From: Candidatus Saccharimonadales bacterium
GTDB taxonomy: Bacteria; Patescibacteriota; Saccharimonadia; Saccharimonadales; JACDFO01
Length of the DNA stretch: 64,000 bases
Assembly (NCBI GenBank): GCA_038255465.1
Contig: JBBSLJ010000002.1
Coordinates: 302 to 64,301 of the forward strand
Direction of reading: 5' to 3'
The notes beneath the pieces are model-generated. The model made no database searches and was not told the DNA's origin. It saw nothing but the letters and a program-made list of their open reading frames with translations. Shown piece by piece: positions 53,652 through 63,275 of this stretch (the first letter of the stretch is position 1; every line of letters begins with the position of its first letter). The translations under genes and the position numbers were made by a program.

Positions 53652-55463
53652 ATGCGTATATCTGATGCTCTGGTGGAAAAATTATTAGTTAATGCCGATC
53701 GGCTAACTAATGAGCAGCTTGCTGCGCTTAAAGAACAGCGTGAAGCTGAGAAAAAGCCACTGCAGGATCTTGTTGTCCAAAACAATATGATTGATGAAAA
53801 AGATCTGACGCGTATCTACGCCGAGGAGATTGACATACCGTATGTTGAGCTTAACCCTAAAGAAATTAAACGCGAAGTCTTAAAACTCATTCCTGAACGG
53901 GTCGCGAGACAATACAACGTGGTTTTGTTTGGGATAGAAGGAGACAAAACCAAGTTACTGGCGATGGAAGATCCTGATGATATCCAAGCCGTTAGCTTCT
54001 TGCAGAAACAGCTCGGCGAGGACATAAGGGTTCATATAGCCACCAGAAGCAGCGTTCAGGCGGCACTCGACCAGTACCGAGGTAGCATGGGCAATGAAAT
54101 TACTAAAGTTGTCGCCACCGAAGACGAAGAAGAAATCAAGGAAGAAGAGCTTAACGAGCAGGACTTGGCCGAGGACTCCCCGATTGCCCAGACGGTTAAT
54201 TTAATTATTGAGTACGCGATTCGTTCCAGCGCTAGTGACATACATATTGAACCACGCGATAGCTTTGTAATTGTCCGCTACCGCGTAGATGGCGTCCTGC
54301 GCGAAGCCAACAAGTTGCCCAAGAAAGTTCATGGCGCCCTTGTCTCACGCATAAAGATTCTGAGTAACCTTAAAATCGACGAACGCCGCGCTCCACAGGA
54401 CGGCCGTTTTAAGATACAGGTTGGCTCAAATACGTACGCCTTACGGGTATCCACACTGCCGATTACTGAAGGCGAGAAGGTTGTTATGCGTATTCTCAAC
54501 GAAGGCAGTCAAGCCGCAGCGCTGGAAGAGCTTGGTTACTGGGGAGCAGCACTTAGTTTGGTCAACAGTGCAATTAAGCAACCACACGGCATGGTTCTAG
54601 TGACTGGTCCGACCGGCTCAGGTAAGTCAACCAGCCTCTTTAGCGTTTTAAGCATACTCAACAAACCAGCTGTCAATATCTCTACTATTGAAGATCCAGT
54701 TGAATATAAAATTCCGGGAGCCAACCAGACACAGGTTAACCCAAAGGCCGGCATGACCTTTGCTGCCGGCCTGCGCGCTCTCTTACGGCAAGATCCGAAC
54801 ATTATCATGGTTGGTGAGATTCGAGACTCTGAGACCGCCGGGTTGGCCGTCCAGGCAGCCCTAACCGGGCACTTGGTCTTTGCGACACTGCACACCAACA
54901 ATGCAGCGACCTGTCTGCCACGCTTGCTTGATATGGAAATCGAACCGTTCTTAATTGCCAGTACTGTCCGTGCCGTTGTCGGTCAGCGGCTCGTTCGACG
55001 ATTATGCGTTGATTGCCGAGATGAAGTAACACCAGAGGCAGCAATGATTAAACAGCTGGAGGGAATTTTTGGCTTCGGTGATGCCGGCGTCATGAAGCGC
55101 GTTCACCAGCTGGAAGAACAAGCGCTTGAAGGTGGAATTGGCAAAGCTAATGCTGGCAAAAGTAAAGTCGATACAACCAAGCTGTCAACTACCGATACTA
55201 AGATAACGCGGCTATTCAAGATGCATGAAGGCGGCTGTGACTCGTGCGGACGTATTGGTTACCGTGGCAGAATGGGTATTTATGAGGTACTTGGTAACAG
55301 CGCCGACGTGCAGAGGCTAATTATCGCCAACGGCACAAGCGACCAGATCCAGCAACAGGCTATCAAGGAAGGCATGATAACTATGCAGTTTGACGGCTTT
55401 ATCAAAGCACTTCGCGGCCAAACAACGGTAGAAGAAATCCTTAGAGTCACGGCAGAAAAATAA
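53652..55463 (+). CDS. pilB: type IV pilus assembly ATPase (GspE/PilB family)
   Basis: It has a T2SSE N-domain, Walker A GPTGSGKST, Asp/His boxes and the tetracysteine CVDC...CDSC. Confidence 0.9.
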   Translation: MRISDALVEKLLVNADRLTNEQLAALKEQREAEKKPLQDLVVQNNMIDEKDLTRIYAEEIDIPYVELNPKEIKREVLKLIPERVARQYNVVLFGIEGDKTKLLAMEDPDDIQAVSFLQKQLGEDIRVHIATRSSVQAALDQYRGSMGNEITKVVATEDEEEIKEEELNEQDLAEDSPIAQTVNLIIEYAIRSSASDIHIEPRDSFVIVRYRVDGVLREANKLPKKVHGALVSRIKILSNLKIDERRAPQDGRFKIQVGSNTYALRVSTLPITEGEKVVMRILNEGSQAAALEELGYWGAALSLVNSAIKQPHGMVLVTGPTGSGKSTSLFSVLSILNKPAVNISTIEDPVEYKIPGANQTQVNPKAGMTFAAGLRALLRQDPNIIMVGEIRDSETAGLAVQAALTGHLVFATLHTNNAATCLPRLLDMEIEPFLIASTVRAVVGQRLVRRLCVDCRDEVTPEAAMIKQLEGIFGFGDAGVMKRVHQLEEQALEGGIGKANAGKSKVDTTKLSTTDTKITRLFKMHEGGCDSCGRIGYRGRMGIYEVLGNSADVQRLIIANGTSDQIQQQAIKEGMITMQFDGFIKALRGQTTVEEILRVTAEK

Positions 55464-55478
55464 TAGGTAACAATACAT

Positions 55479-56690
55479 ATGCAATTCAGCTACACCGCAC
55501 AAACCAAAGAAGGTAAAACCATTCAAGGAACGGCTGACGCGGCCAATAAAGAAGCCTTAGTTAGTCTTCTTGCCAAACAGGGTGCTAGGCCAATTGTGAT
55601 TAGATCTGAAGGCGAAAAAACCAATAAGTCCAAAAGAGGCAAAAAGGTTAAATCCAAGGATCTAGTTGTTTTTACGCGCCAGCTTTCTACCATGGTCTCT
55701 GCGGGCGTACCCCTTACCCGCTCACTCGCAACAATGCAGACTCAAACTGAGAGCAAATACTTCCGACAAGTATTAGCAAATATTATGAAAGAGGTAGAGT
55801 CGGGGCAGCCGCTTGGTGATACATTTGCCAAGTACCCGAGTGTTTTTTCAGAGGTATACGTCAACATGGTTCGTGCCGGCGAGGCTGGTGGTATTTTAGA
55901 TGAGATCTTAAAACGACTCGCTTCGCAGGTTGAACAAGATGCATCGATGCGTAAAAAAATTAAAAGTGCCATGATGTATCCGACCGTTATATTTGGCATT
56001 ACGATCCTAGCTTTTTTTGGGATTATGATATTTGTCATACCTAAACTTGGCAAGATCATTGAAGATTTGGGCGGCCCTGATGCTGAGTTGCCGGTTTATA
56101 CCCAGGCTATGCTTGGTGCCAGTAAATTTATGCAAAGCAACGCAATACTTATTGGTATAGCACTTTTTGGCGCTATTTACGCGTTTAGACGTTACATTAA
56201 GACGCCCAAAGGCAAATTGCAGTGGCACGGAGCACTACTACGTATGCCAGTCATAAAGACACTGATAACTAAAATTGCTATCGCACGGTTTGCAAGAACC
56301 TTTGCGTCTTTGATGTCGGCTGGCGTTGCGGTACTTGATGCGCTTGAGGTTACGGGGGGAGCCATTGGCAATAAAGTTATCGAGAACGAGCTTAAAGAAG
56401 CGGCAAAAGCTGTCAGAAATGGCAAGCAACTCAGCGAGCCGCTGTCTCATAGTAAGCACTTCCCCGCTATCGTTCCGCAGATGCTTGCTATTGGGGAGGA
56501 AACCGGTCAGATTGATACCATTCTAATTAAAGTTGCAGACTTTTACGAAGAAGAGGTAGAGACAACGATAGACGGCCTGAGCTCGCTAATTGAGCCACTT
56601 ATGATCGTAGTCTTAGGTGGAATGGTCGGCCTCATTGCCGCCTCCGTAATGGGTCCGATTGCTTCGCTTAGTAAGAATGTAGGAACGTAA
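55479..56690 (+). CDS. pilC: type IV pilus platform protein (GspF/PilC family)
   Basis: It has two T2SSF repeats and three TM helices, and is adjacent to pilB. Confidence 0.9.
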   Translation: MQFSYTAQTKEGKTIQGTADAANKEALVSLLAKQGARPIVIRSEGEKTNKSKRGKKVKSKDLVVFTRQLSTMVSAGVPLTRSLATMQTQTESKYFRQVLANIMKEVESGQPLGDTFAKYPSVFSEVYVNMVRAGEAGGILDEILKRLASQVEQDASMRKKIKSAMMYPTVIFGITILAFFGIMIFVIPKLGKIIEDLGGPDAELPVYTQAMLGASKFMQSNAILIGIALFGAIYAFRRYIKTPKGKLQWHGALLRMPVIKTLITKIAIARFARTFASLMSAGVAVLDALEVTGGAIGNKVIENELKEAAKAVRNGKQLSEPLSHSKHFPAIVPQMLAIGEETGQIDTILIKVADFYEEEVETTIDGLSSLIEPLMIVVLGGMVGLIAASVMGPIASLSKNVGT

Positions 56691-56695
56691 ATATC

Positions 56696-56723
56696 TTGAT
56701 TTGATACTGGTTATGATTATAAT
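56696..56723 (+). promoter_or_regulatory. promoter of the major pilin gene
   Basis: TTGATT-N16-TATAAT lies about 70 nt upstream of the ATG. Confidence 0.5.
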
Positions 56724-56794
56724 CATCAGCAGATACTTACGCCTGTGTAAGATCAATAAAGTTATAAAAATTTAGAAAGGGTGGGCATACAAAC

Positions 56795-57244
56795 ATGTCT
56801 CTTAAGCAAAATAATAAGGGTTTCACAATTGTTGAACTCTTAATCGTTATTGTCGTTATTGGTATATTAGCGGCGTTGGTTATTACAACCTTTACGGGTA
56901 TCCAACAACGAGCTCGTAATACCGAACGACAAACAGACGTTAAAGCCATTCATGGGCAGGTGGAAGCCTACTACGCTCAGAACGGACGGTATCCAACACT
57001 AGATAACATGAACGACGCAGGTTTTCGAACGGCAAACATGAAGGGTCTTGATATTGATGCATTGAAAGATCCAAAGGGTACGGCCGGAACCTTAGTTGGT
57101 GCAGCAGCTGCTAACGTCTACAGTTACGACGTACAACGAGCTGGTGGTGGTACGTGTGATAACACTACTAATGACTGTGCACAGTACACGCTGACTGCTA
57201 CTAATGAGGGTGGTGGTACGTATACTAAGACTAATTTGAACTAG
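56795..57244 (+). CDS. pilA: major type IV pilin
   Basis: It has a class III signal (KGFTIVELLIVIVVIGILAALVI) and its own promoter and terminator. Confidence 0.9.
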   Translation: MSLKQNNKGFTIVELLIVIVVIGILAALVITTFTGIQQRARNTERQTDVKAIHGQVEAYYAQNGRYPTLDNMNDAGFRTANMKGLDIDALKDPKGTAGTLVGAAAANVYSYDVQRAGGGTCDNTTNDCAQYTLTATNEGGGTYTKTNLN

Positions 57245-57261
57245 TATTTTCCTAGTCAGAC

Positions 57262-57291
57262 AAAAACCCGGGCATTTCGCTCGGGTTTTTG
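57262..57291 (+). terminator. rho-independent terminator after the pilin gene
   Basis: AAAAACCCGGGC-ATTTC-GCTCGGGTTTTTG. Confidence 0.8.
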
Positions 57292-57308
57292 TATAATAAA
57301 GCATAAGC

Positions 57309-57761
57309 ATGACGTGGTTACGACGACCGTTACTTGAAAACGGGTTTACAATTTTAGAGCTATTGATTGCATGCTTTATATTTCCGATAATTGTCGTGGG
57401 CATATCTAACGCCTATGACGCAGTTCGTAAATCGTATACCACCGCCCGAGAACTCAATGAAATATATGCCGTGTTAAGTGCCTGCCCTGAAATAGACCGG
57501 GCCTTGGAGTTTAATTCACTCACCAGCTCGACCAACTGTTTTCCAAACAATACCTTCCAGTCAGAAGGAGCCGGAACGAGCACCATTGTATATAGCCCTG
57601 TGCTAACTGTTACAAACACCGCAGATCTTCCAATAGCCGACCCACTTAAATCAGTAAACGATTCGAAAGTCGTTGATATTAGTGTTGGCTTTCAGAAAAG
57701 CACCGCTCCGCCCCTTAGATTACGTATGCTTGTTACAAGAAATGGGGTAGGTCAGCAGTGA
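57309..57761 (+). CDS. minor pilin (prepilin-type N-terminal cleavage/methylation domain)
   Basis: ENGFTILELLIACFIFPIIVVGI. A TATAAT box (57292-57297) lies 11 nt before the ATG. Confidence 0.8.
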   Translation: MTWLRRPLLENGFTILELLIACFIFPIIVVGISNAYDAVRKSYTTARELNEIYAVLSACPEIDRALEFNSLTSSTNCFPNNTFQSEGAGTSTIVYSPVLTVTNTADLPIADPLKSVNDSKVVDISVGFQKSTAPPLRLRMLVTRNGVGQQ

Positions 57762-58564
57762 ACATCCGGCGTATAAGACTTATGCAACTAAAAAGCACCG
57801 AGGCGGGATTCACGCTGCCAGAAATGATGACCGTGCTGTTTATAACCGGACTGTTTAGCTCGCTCATTCTCTTTTTTGCATTCAGTTACTGGCGTTATGG
57901 CGCTTTACTTGAGGCGGATATGGATACATTTGTAACAAGGCTTAATTCTGGTGATGTGTTGCGCGAGCTGGTCGGTTCATCTACCGGCATGACGATCCAA
58001 AATGGCTTGCCTGATCCAAACCCGCTCGTAATTGACCCCACCGACTCTACGGGCAATTATTGGATCCCTATACATGCTATCCCGGGTAGTCGCCCCATTG
58101 GCAGCACGGGTAGCTACACCCCATTGTCATATTTTAAGCGTATTAGCTTTAACAGTTCCAACCAAGCGGTCATGAACGGTCAGTACCCCTACGAGGACGA
58201 ATATGTCTTGTACCTTGATGGCACGGCCAAGCAGCTCAAGCTACGCTCAATCGCAAATACGGCCGCCACTGGAAACAAGCTGAAGACCAGCTGCCCGCCG
58301 GCAATTGCCAGCAACAGCTGCCCGGCAGATAGAGTCATTGCGGGCGATATTGAATCGGTTGATCTCAGGTTTTTCTCGAGAACCGGAAACTTAATTGACT
58401 ATACATCGGCCTATGATCCCGATATTGATCAGTATATCGGGCCCGATTATCCGGCTGTAGAAGTCATGGAGTTTAAGATTACGCTGACAAAGAAACCGTT
58501 TTTGCAAACCACTAACGCCACCAGAACAAGCACCATTATCCGCATAGCACTGAGGAATACATAA
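57758..58564 (+). CDS. minor pilin
   Basis: EAGFTLPEMMTVLFITGLFSSLILFF. It overlaps the upstream gene by 4 nt. Confidence 0.8.
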   Translation: MNIRRIRLMQLKSTEAGFTLPEMMTVLFITGLFSSLILFFAFSYWRYGALLEADMDTFVTRLNSGDVLRELVGSSTGMTIQNGLPDPNPLVIDPTDSTGNYWIPIHAIPGSRPIGSTGSYTPLSYFKRISFNSSNQAVMNGQYPYEDEYVLYLDGTAKQLKLRSIANTAATGNKLKTSCPPAIASNSCPADRVIAGDIESVDLRFFSRTGNLIDYTSAYDPDIDQYIGPDYPAVEVMEFKITLTKKPFLQTTNATRTSTIIRIALRNT

Positions 58565-58565
58565 T

Positions 58566-59990
58566 ATGAAGACTACCCAACAAAACCAACGTGGCTCAAT
58601 CCTCGTATCAATCATGATTATTACCCTGTTTTTAACAACTTTTATATTTAGCTTAATGGTGCTTGCGAACGCCAATCTTGTCCGTGCCCGTCACCGTATA
58701 CTTCTGCTCCAAGCTATGTACGCAGCCGAATCCGGTGCAGATAGTGCTGTCGCCGCCCTAAACAATGGCAATGATGCCTATACCGGCTCTACTTCAGATG
58801 TCCAGATTCTCTCTGCCGAAACGTACCGGTCTACCTATACCGTAACGGTGGCGCCAGGATCAAATGACAAAGAAAAAATTATTACGGCAGTTGGGAAAGT
58901 TTTTGCTCCTAAAACAGAAGCCACACCTAGCTTTACCCGAAGCATAGAGGTGATAGTGCAGCGAACCAGCCTGACCTCAAGTGCATCGATCATGAGCCGT
59001 AATATTATTGACATCCATTCCGGCGTTAAAAGTGTACGTGCAAAGGATGTATATATTAACGGTTACCTGAATATGAACAAGGACACGACTGAATTTATTG
59101 CAGAGAACGTTACGGTCGGCGATCGTAACACCGGAGCTGGCAATTGTTCGATTGGCGGCGAAGGCAAGCTAACCAAGCCGGCGACATTCTACAATGCCGG
59201 TCAAACAAAAACTAACCTCCTCCTGGCGTTTAACAATTGTATTGCTCCTCCTGGGAACAGTAGTAACACTAACTTTACTGTCACCGCCAATGAACCGAAC
59301 ATTCCTAAAATACAGTCAACCTACATCCCATGGGCCGAATATATGAATAACACTTACCAAAATGCGCCCGGGGGCTGCAGTGATTGGACAACCGGGTCAT
59401 CACCGCGCAGTATCCCAAGCACGGGAAATACAAAAAAAACGCACTACCCCAATTCTGCCCCAAATGTTAGCACTGCCTGTGGGACGGGCGGCGACCTTAA
59501 TCTCGGTAGTACACGATATGACATACGTGATCACGCACATATACGGGCCAGCTTGTGCGCCGCAGCGGCATGTACGCCAAGCTTTTATAATCCCGATACT
59601 GGCCCCTCCGGCATAAAGTTCGTCTTTGTTGAGGGCACCATTAACTTCAACAGTTTCCAAACTGTTTCGGGCAGCGGTTCGATTGTGTTTGTTTCATATG
59701 GCAGCGATCCCGCCTCTAAAGCCAGTGACTGCCCACTCGGTGGGGCTGTGTATCTTGGTAACAGCGGTACAACTGTTGGCCCAGCAGTTTATTTTTTGGC
59801 GAACAACGGTATCTGTCTAGACAAAACCAGGTTTGGGGCTAGTCCATCCCTTGGGGGCATTTCCGGAAAAAACGTTTATATTGCCACCAACCCGGGCACA
59901 CCGTTTGACCTAGGCCTTGACCCACTCTTCCCGGTTGATCAAATCCCGGTTGATCTTTCATGGAAAGCCATTAGATTCAGACGGCTATAA
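58566..59990 (+). CDS. large PilX-N-like pilus-associated protein (candidate tip or adhesin component)
   Basis: The N-terminal QRGSILVSIMIITLFLTTFIFSLMVLANANLVRARH resembles the PilX N-terminal domain. The 474-aa Cys-containing, Asn/Thr/Gly-rich body has no recognisable family. Confidence 0.6.
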   Translation: MKTTQQNQRGSILVSIMIITLFLTTFIFSLMVLANANLVRARHRILLLQAMYAAESGADSAVAALNNGNDAYTGSTSDVQILSAETYRSTYTVTVAPGSNDKEKIITAVGKVFAPKTEATPSFTRSIEVIVQRTSLTSSASIMSRNIIDIHSGVKSVRAKDVYINGYLNMNKDTTEFIAENVTVGDRNTGAGNCSIGGEGKLTKPATFYNAGQTKTNLLLAFNNCIAPPGNSSNTNFTVTANEPNIPKIQSTYIPWAEYMNNTYQNAPGGCSDWTTGSSPRSIPSTGNTKKTHYPNSAPNVSTACGTGGDLNLGSTRYDIRDHAHIRASLCAAAACTPSFYNPDTGPSGIKFVFVEGTINFNSFQTVSGSGSIVFVSYGSDPASKASDCPLGGAVYLGNSGTTVGPAVYFLANNGICLDKTRFGASPSLGGISGKNVYIATNPGTPFDLGLDPLFPVDQIPVDLSWKAIRFRRL

Positions 59991-60042
59991 ATGATATAGT
60001 TATCTGGAATAGCTTATGCTTTGATGGGCAGCATACGAATAC

Positions 60043-61107
60043 ATGAACAATACTTACTTTTATCATGATAAACCGGTGTTTGGGCTTGATATCGGCCTTA
60101 GCAGCCTGAAGGTTATGCAGATAAATCGCAGTCGAAAACAAGACACTGTGGTTGGCTATGGTGTGACAAGTTTTGCTAGCGACCTCTTTGTAGACGGCGT
60201 CCTAACCGACCCCGAGGGGCTAGCCAAAATTGCATACGAACTATTTAGCCAGCATATTGTGGGCGCTATTTCCTCGCGCAGGACGGTAGTCGGTATTCCT
60301 GCCAGCAAGACTTTTACCCGCAGCATGACGTTACCCAAGCTCAAGTCTAAGGATCTTTCTGCGGCCGTGCAACTTGAAGCCGAGCAATACATCCCGATGC
60401 CGACTGATGATTTGTATATGGACTACACCGTTGTTGCGCATACAGATAAAGAGATAGAAATTCTAGCAGTTGCCGTCCCGAAAAAAATTGTTGACTCGTA
60501 CTTAGTCTTAACAAACTTGCTAGGTCTAGAAGTTGTGGCAATCGAAACGACTATTAGCGCTGCCGGACGTCTATTTGTGCAGGCCGAACAAAGCGACGTG
60601 CCCACTGTCTTAATTGACCTAGGGTCACTTTCAACAGATATAAGTATCTACGATAAAGGCCTGGTGGTAACGGGTACGACAGCTGCTGGCGGCGACAGCT
60701 TTACAAAATTGATTGCAGAAAAGCTAAAAGTCACAAGCCAGGAAGCGCACATAATTAAAACAAAGTACGGGCTAGGGCTTAGCAAGAAGCAGAAAGACAT
60801 ATCCGACGGTCTACAACCGATCCTTGACCAGCTTGTCAAAGAAATTAGGCGTATGATCCGATACTATGAAGAACGTTCCAATACTGAAAAGAAAATTGCC
60901 CAAATCGTAACAATGGGCGGTGGCGCAAACATGCCCGGCTTGAGCGAGCACCTAACCAGTACCCTTCGGATACCAGTGCGTATGTGCGATCCTTGGCAGC
61001 ATCTTGAGTTTGACGGTTTGCAGCAACCCAATAGCGTTGAAAAATCAATGTACGTAACGGTAGGCGGTCTGGCCTTGGTGACTCCAAAGGAAGTAGCCTT
61101 ATCATGA
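60043..61107 (+). CDS. pilM: type IV pilus assembly protein PilM (actin-like ATPase fold)
   Basis: GLDIGLSSLKVMQI..., IETTISAAGR and MGGGANMPGL are typical of PilM. Confidence 0.85.
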   Translation: MNNTYFYHDKPVFGLDIGLSSLKVMQINRSRKQDTVVGYGVTSFASDLFVDGVLTDPEGLAKIAYELFSQHIVGAISSRRTVVGIPASKTFTRSMTLPKLKSKDLSAAVQLEAEQYIPMPTDDLYMDYTVVAHTDKEIEILAVAVPKKIVDSYLVLTNLLGLEVVAIETTISAAGRLFVQAEQSDVPTVLIDLGSLSTDISIYDKGLVVTGTTAAGGDSFTKLIAEKLKVTSQEAHIIKTKYGLGLSKKQKDISDGLQPILDQLVKEIRRMIRYYEERSNTEKKIAQIVTMGGGANMPGLSEHLTSTLRIPVRMCDPWQHLEFDGLQQPNSVEKSMYVTVGGLALVTPKEVALS

Positions 61108-61700
61108 TAAATTTACTGCCGCCCCAGTCAAAACAATCAGTACTGTACGCCCGCCGCAATGCCAAACTAATTAAGTGGGTGCTAGCGATCATTCTAGTTG
61201 CTGTCGGCAGTTTAATTATCATAGGGTTTGGGCAGTTATATCTTTCGCGGACAGCCAAAACCTATCAAAAACAGATTGAAGAAGGTCACGAGCGTTTACG
61301 AATCCAGAAGCTCGAAGAAACACAAAATCGGGTTAGTGAAATAAGCAATAATCTTAAGCTTGTCGTGGACGTACTGTCACGAGAAATTTTGTTTTCAAAC
61401 GTACTGCGGGCTGTTGGCGCAGCCATACCCAGCGGTTCAGTACTGACTCAACTTACCATAAATAAAGTTCAGGGCGGTATTGACCTTAAGTTTGAATCCA
61501 AGGATTACCAAACCGGTTCTCAAGTAGTTTTAAACCTGCAGGATCCCGAAAATAAAGTCTTCGAAACCGCGGATATTATTTCTATTATCTGTAATGCCGA
61601 AACCCAGGAAGGCAGTACGTACCCATGTGAAGTCACCGTACGCGCCTTGTTTGGCGATAACAGCCCGTACTTATTTATTAATAATAAGGTGCGACCATGA
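61104..61700 (+). CDS. pilN: PilN-like bitopic pilus alignment protein
   Basis: It has the MINLLPP start, a single TM and a coiled coil. It overlaps pilM by 4 nt. Confidence 0.7.
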   Translation: MINLLPPQSKQSVLYARRNAKLIKWVLAIILVAVGSLIIIGFGQLYLSRTAKTYQKQIEEGHERLRIQKLEETQNRVSEISNNLKLVVDVLSREILFSNVLRAVGAAIPSGSVLTQLTINKVQGGIDLKFESKDYQTGSQVVLNLQDPENKVFETADIISIICNAETQEGSTYPCEVTVRALFGDNSPYLFINNKVRP

Positions 61701-62332
61701 GTGCTAAAAAAGCTTACTTTGCTATGCTTGGCCTGATTTGCTTGCTGACCGTATTAACAGTTGCCGGATTAGTGGGCGGTAATACCATGCTCAAGAAGAA
61801 GTCGGCCGAACTTGTTGAGCTTAAATTACAAGACAGGTTAATTGAAGAACAACAAACAGCGCTGGTACAGGCCAACAAAGACATTGAAAAATATCAGGAG
61901 CTTGAAGCAATTTCGAGAGCAATTGTGCCGCAGGACAAAGATCAAGCAAGAACTGTTCGAGAAATTATTTCGCTTGCTGAGCAGTCAAAAATAAAAATAA
62001 ATTCGATTTCTTTCCCGCAATCAAATCTAGGAGCTGCGCAATCGTCTGCCCCGGCTACAAGCACAAATGGTGGCACCGGCACATCAAAGACACAAACTTC
62101 CCCTATTACCCAAGCTACACCGGTTGAAGGCATTAAAGGGTTGTACCAATTAGCAATTACCATTGAAGTTAATCAGGTTGCTCCGACATATAACCAGCTA
62201 ATTGATTTTTTAAGACGGCTCGAGCAAAACCGCAGGACAGCCCAAGTTACGTCAATTGCAATCAATCCGGAAGGTGAAAACCGTAATTTTGTTAAGTTCC
62301 AGATAGTAATGAATGTATTTATAAAGCCATAG
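61697..62332 (+). CDS. pilO: PilO-like bitopic pilus alignment protein
   Basis: The N-terminal TM, coiled coil, position and 4-nt overlap after pilN support this call. Sequence evidence is weak. Confidence 0.5.
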   Translation: MSAKKAYFAMLGLICLLTVLTVAGLVGGNTMLKKKSAELVELKLQDRLIEEQQTALVQANKDIEKYQELEAISRAIVPQDKDQARTVREIISLAEQSKIKINSISFPQSNLGAAQSSAPATSTNGGTGTSKTQTSPITQATPVEGIKGLYQLAITIEVNQVAPTYNQLIDFLRRLEQNRRTAQVTSIAINPEGENRNFVKFQIVMNVFIKP

Positions 62333-62340
62333 GATAAGTT

Positions 62341-62640
62341 ATGAATTTAGATATCAAAAATATTATTGCCAAGCTGGAACCCATAGTCAAAAATGCTAAA
62401 CGATATACGGTATTTGTTTTTATACTTGCCGTAGTTGGCACGTACGGCTTCTTGGTTTTTCGCATCAACACGCTTGCCAGCCAGGAACCTGATGAAGACG
62501 CAGTTACAGAACGCCTAAAGACCGTACAGCGCCCAAGAATTGATGAAGATGCACTAAGCAAAATTGAAAAGCTTGAAGACCAGAACATTCAACTCAAAAC
62601 ATTGTTTCAAGACGCCCGCGACAACCCGTTTGTTGAGTAG
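62341..62640 (+). CDS. small bitopic protein, last gene of the pilus cluster
   Basis: 99 aa, with a single TM (YTVFVFILAVVGTYGFLVF) and an acidic C-terminus. Confidence 0.45.
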   Translation: MNLDIKNIIAKLEPIVKNAKRYTVFVFILAVVGTYGFLVFRINTLASQEPDEDAVTERLKTVQRPRIDEDALSKIEKLEDQNIQLKTLFQDARDNPFVE

Positions 62641-62684
62641 CCCCATCGAGAGGCGGAGAAAACCGCAGGTTTGTCATATTACCG

Positions 62685-63266
62685 TTAATTACCGAAGGCT
62701 TTTAAGTTTTCTTCGTGTGAATTTACGATGGCTTTACTTGTTTCATATGGCCGAGGAGTGTAGGTAAAGATGTAGTTATTTTGCTCTCCAGCTGTTTCTA
62801 TTACGAGCGTACCGTAATTAAAAATTCGCGCAAAAATTCCCTTTTGTTGCACACTCACATCCTGCACATCACCAATGCTAAGCTGTGAAATTTTCCTGTC
62901 AAACAGGCTGGTATATAAAAGCTGCGCGATTTTTTCAGACGTTACAAGTACTATGTTTGCCTGGTACAAATAGGCTCCAATGGCTGTTCCAACCAAGCCA
63001 CCTATGGTTAATAGAAAGCCAACGCCAATAGCAATGGGTCGTAGCGTTCCCAGGTCAATCCCTAGACCTAAAAAGTCGCGCGTAAATAGTACGGGCCCTA
63101 GCACCAGAAAGGTAAAGATTAACGCTGATATGGCAGCGCCTGAAAAATAAATAATAAACAGTCCGAAGGGATGTTTACGGATCTCCCAGATGAGTTGTTC
63201 ATTCTCATCGAACTCTATCATGTCAAAAAAGCGTCGGGCCCGGGCTGAAAGTTGTTCTACATGCAT
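62685..63266 (-). CDS. membrane protein with a bacterial PH domain (bPH_2/YdbS-like)
   Basis: Two TM helices are followed by TSEKIAQLLYTSLFDRKISQLSIGDVQDVSVQQKGIFARIFNYGTLVIETAG. Confidence 0.7.
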   Translation of the reverse strand: MHVEQLSARARRFFDMIEFDENEQLIWEIRKHPFGLFIIYFSGAAISALIFTFLVLGPVLFTRDFLGLGIDLGTLRPIAIGVGFLLTIGGLVGTAIGAYLYQANIVLVTSEKIAQLLYTSLFDRKISQLSIGDVQDVSVQQKGIFARIFNYGTLVIETAGEQNNYIFTYTPRPYETSKAIVNSHEENLKAFGN

Positions 63267-63275
63267 AAGACCATT

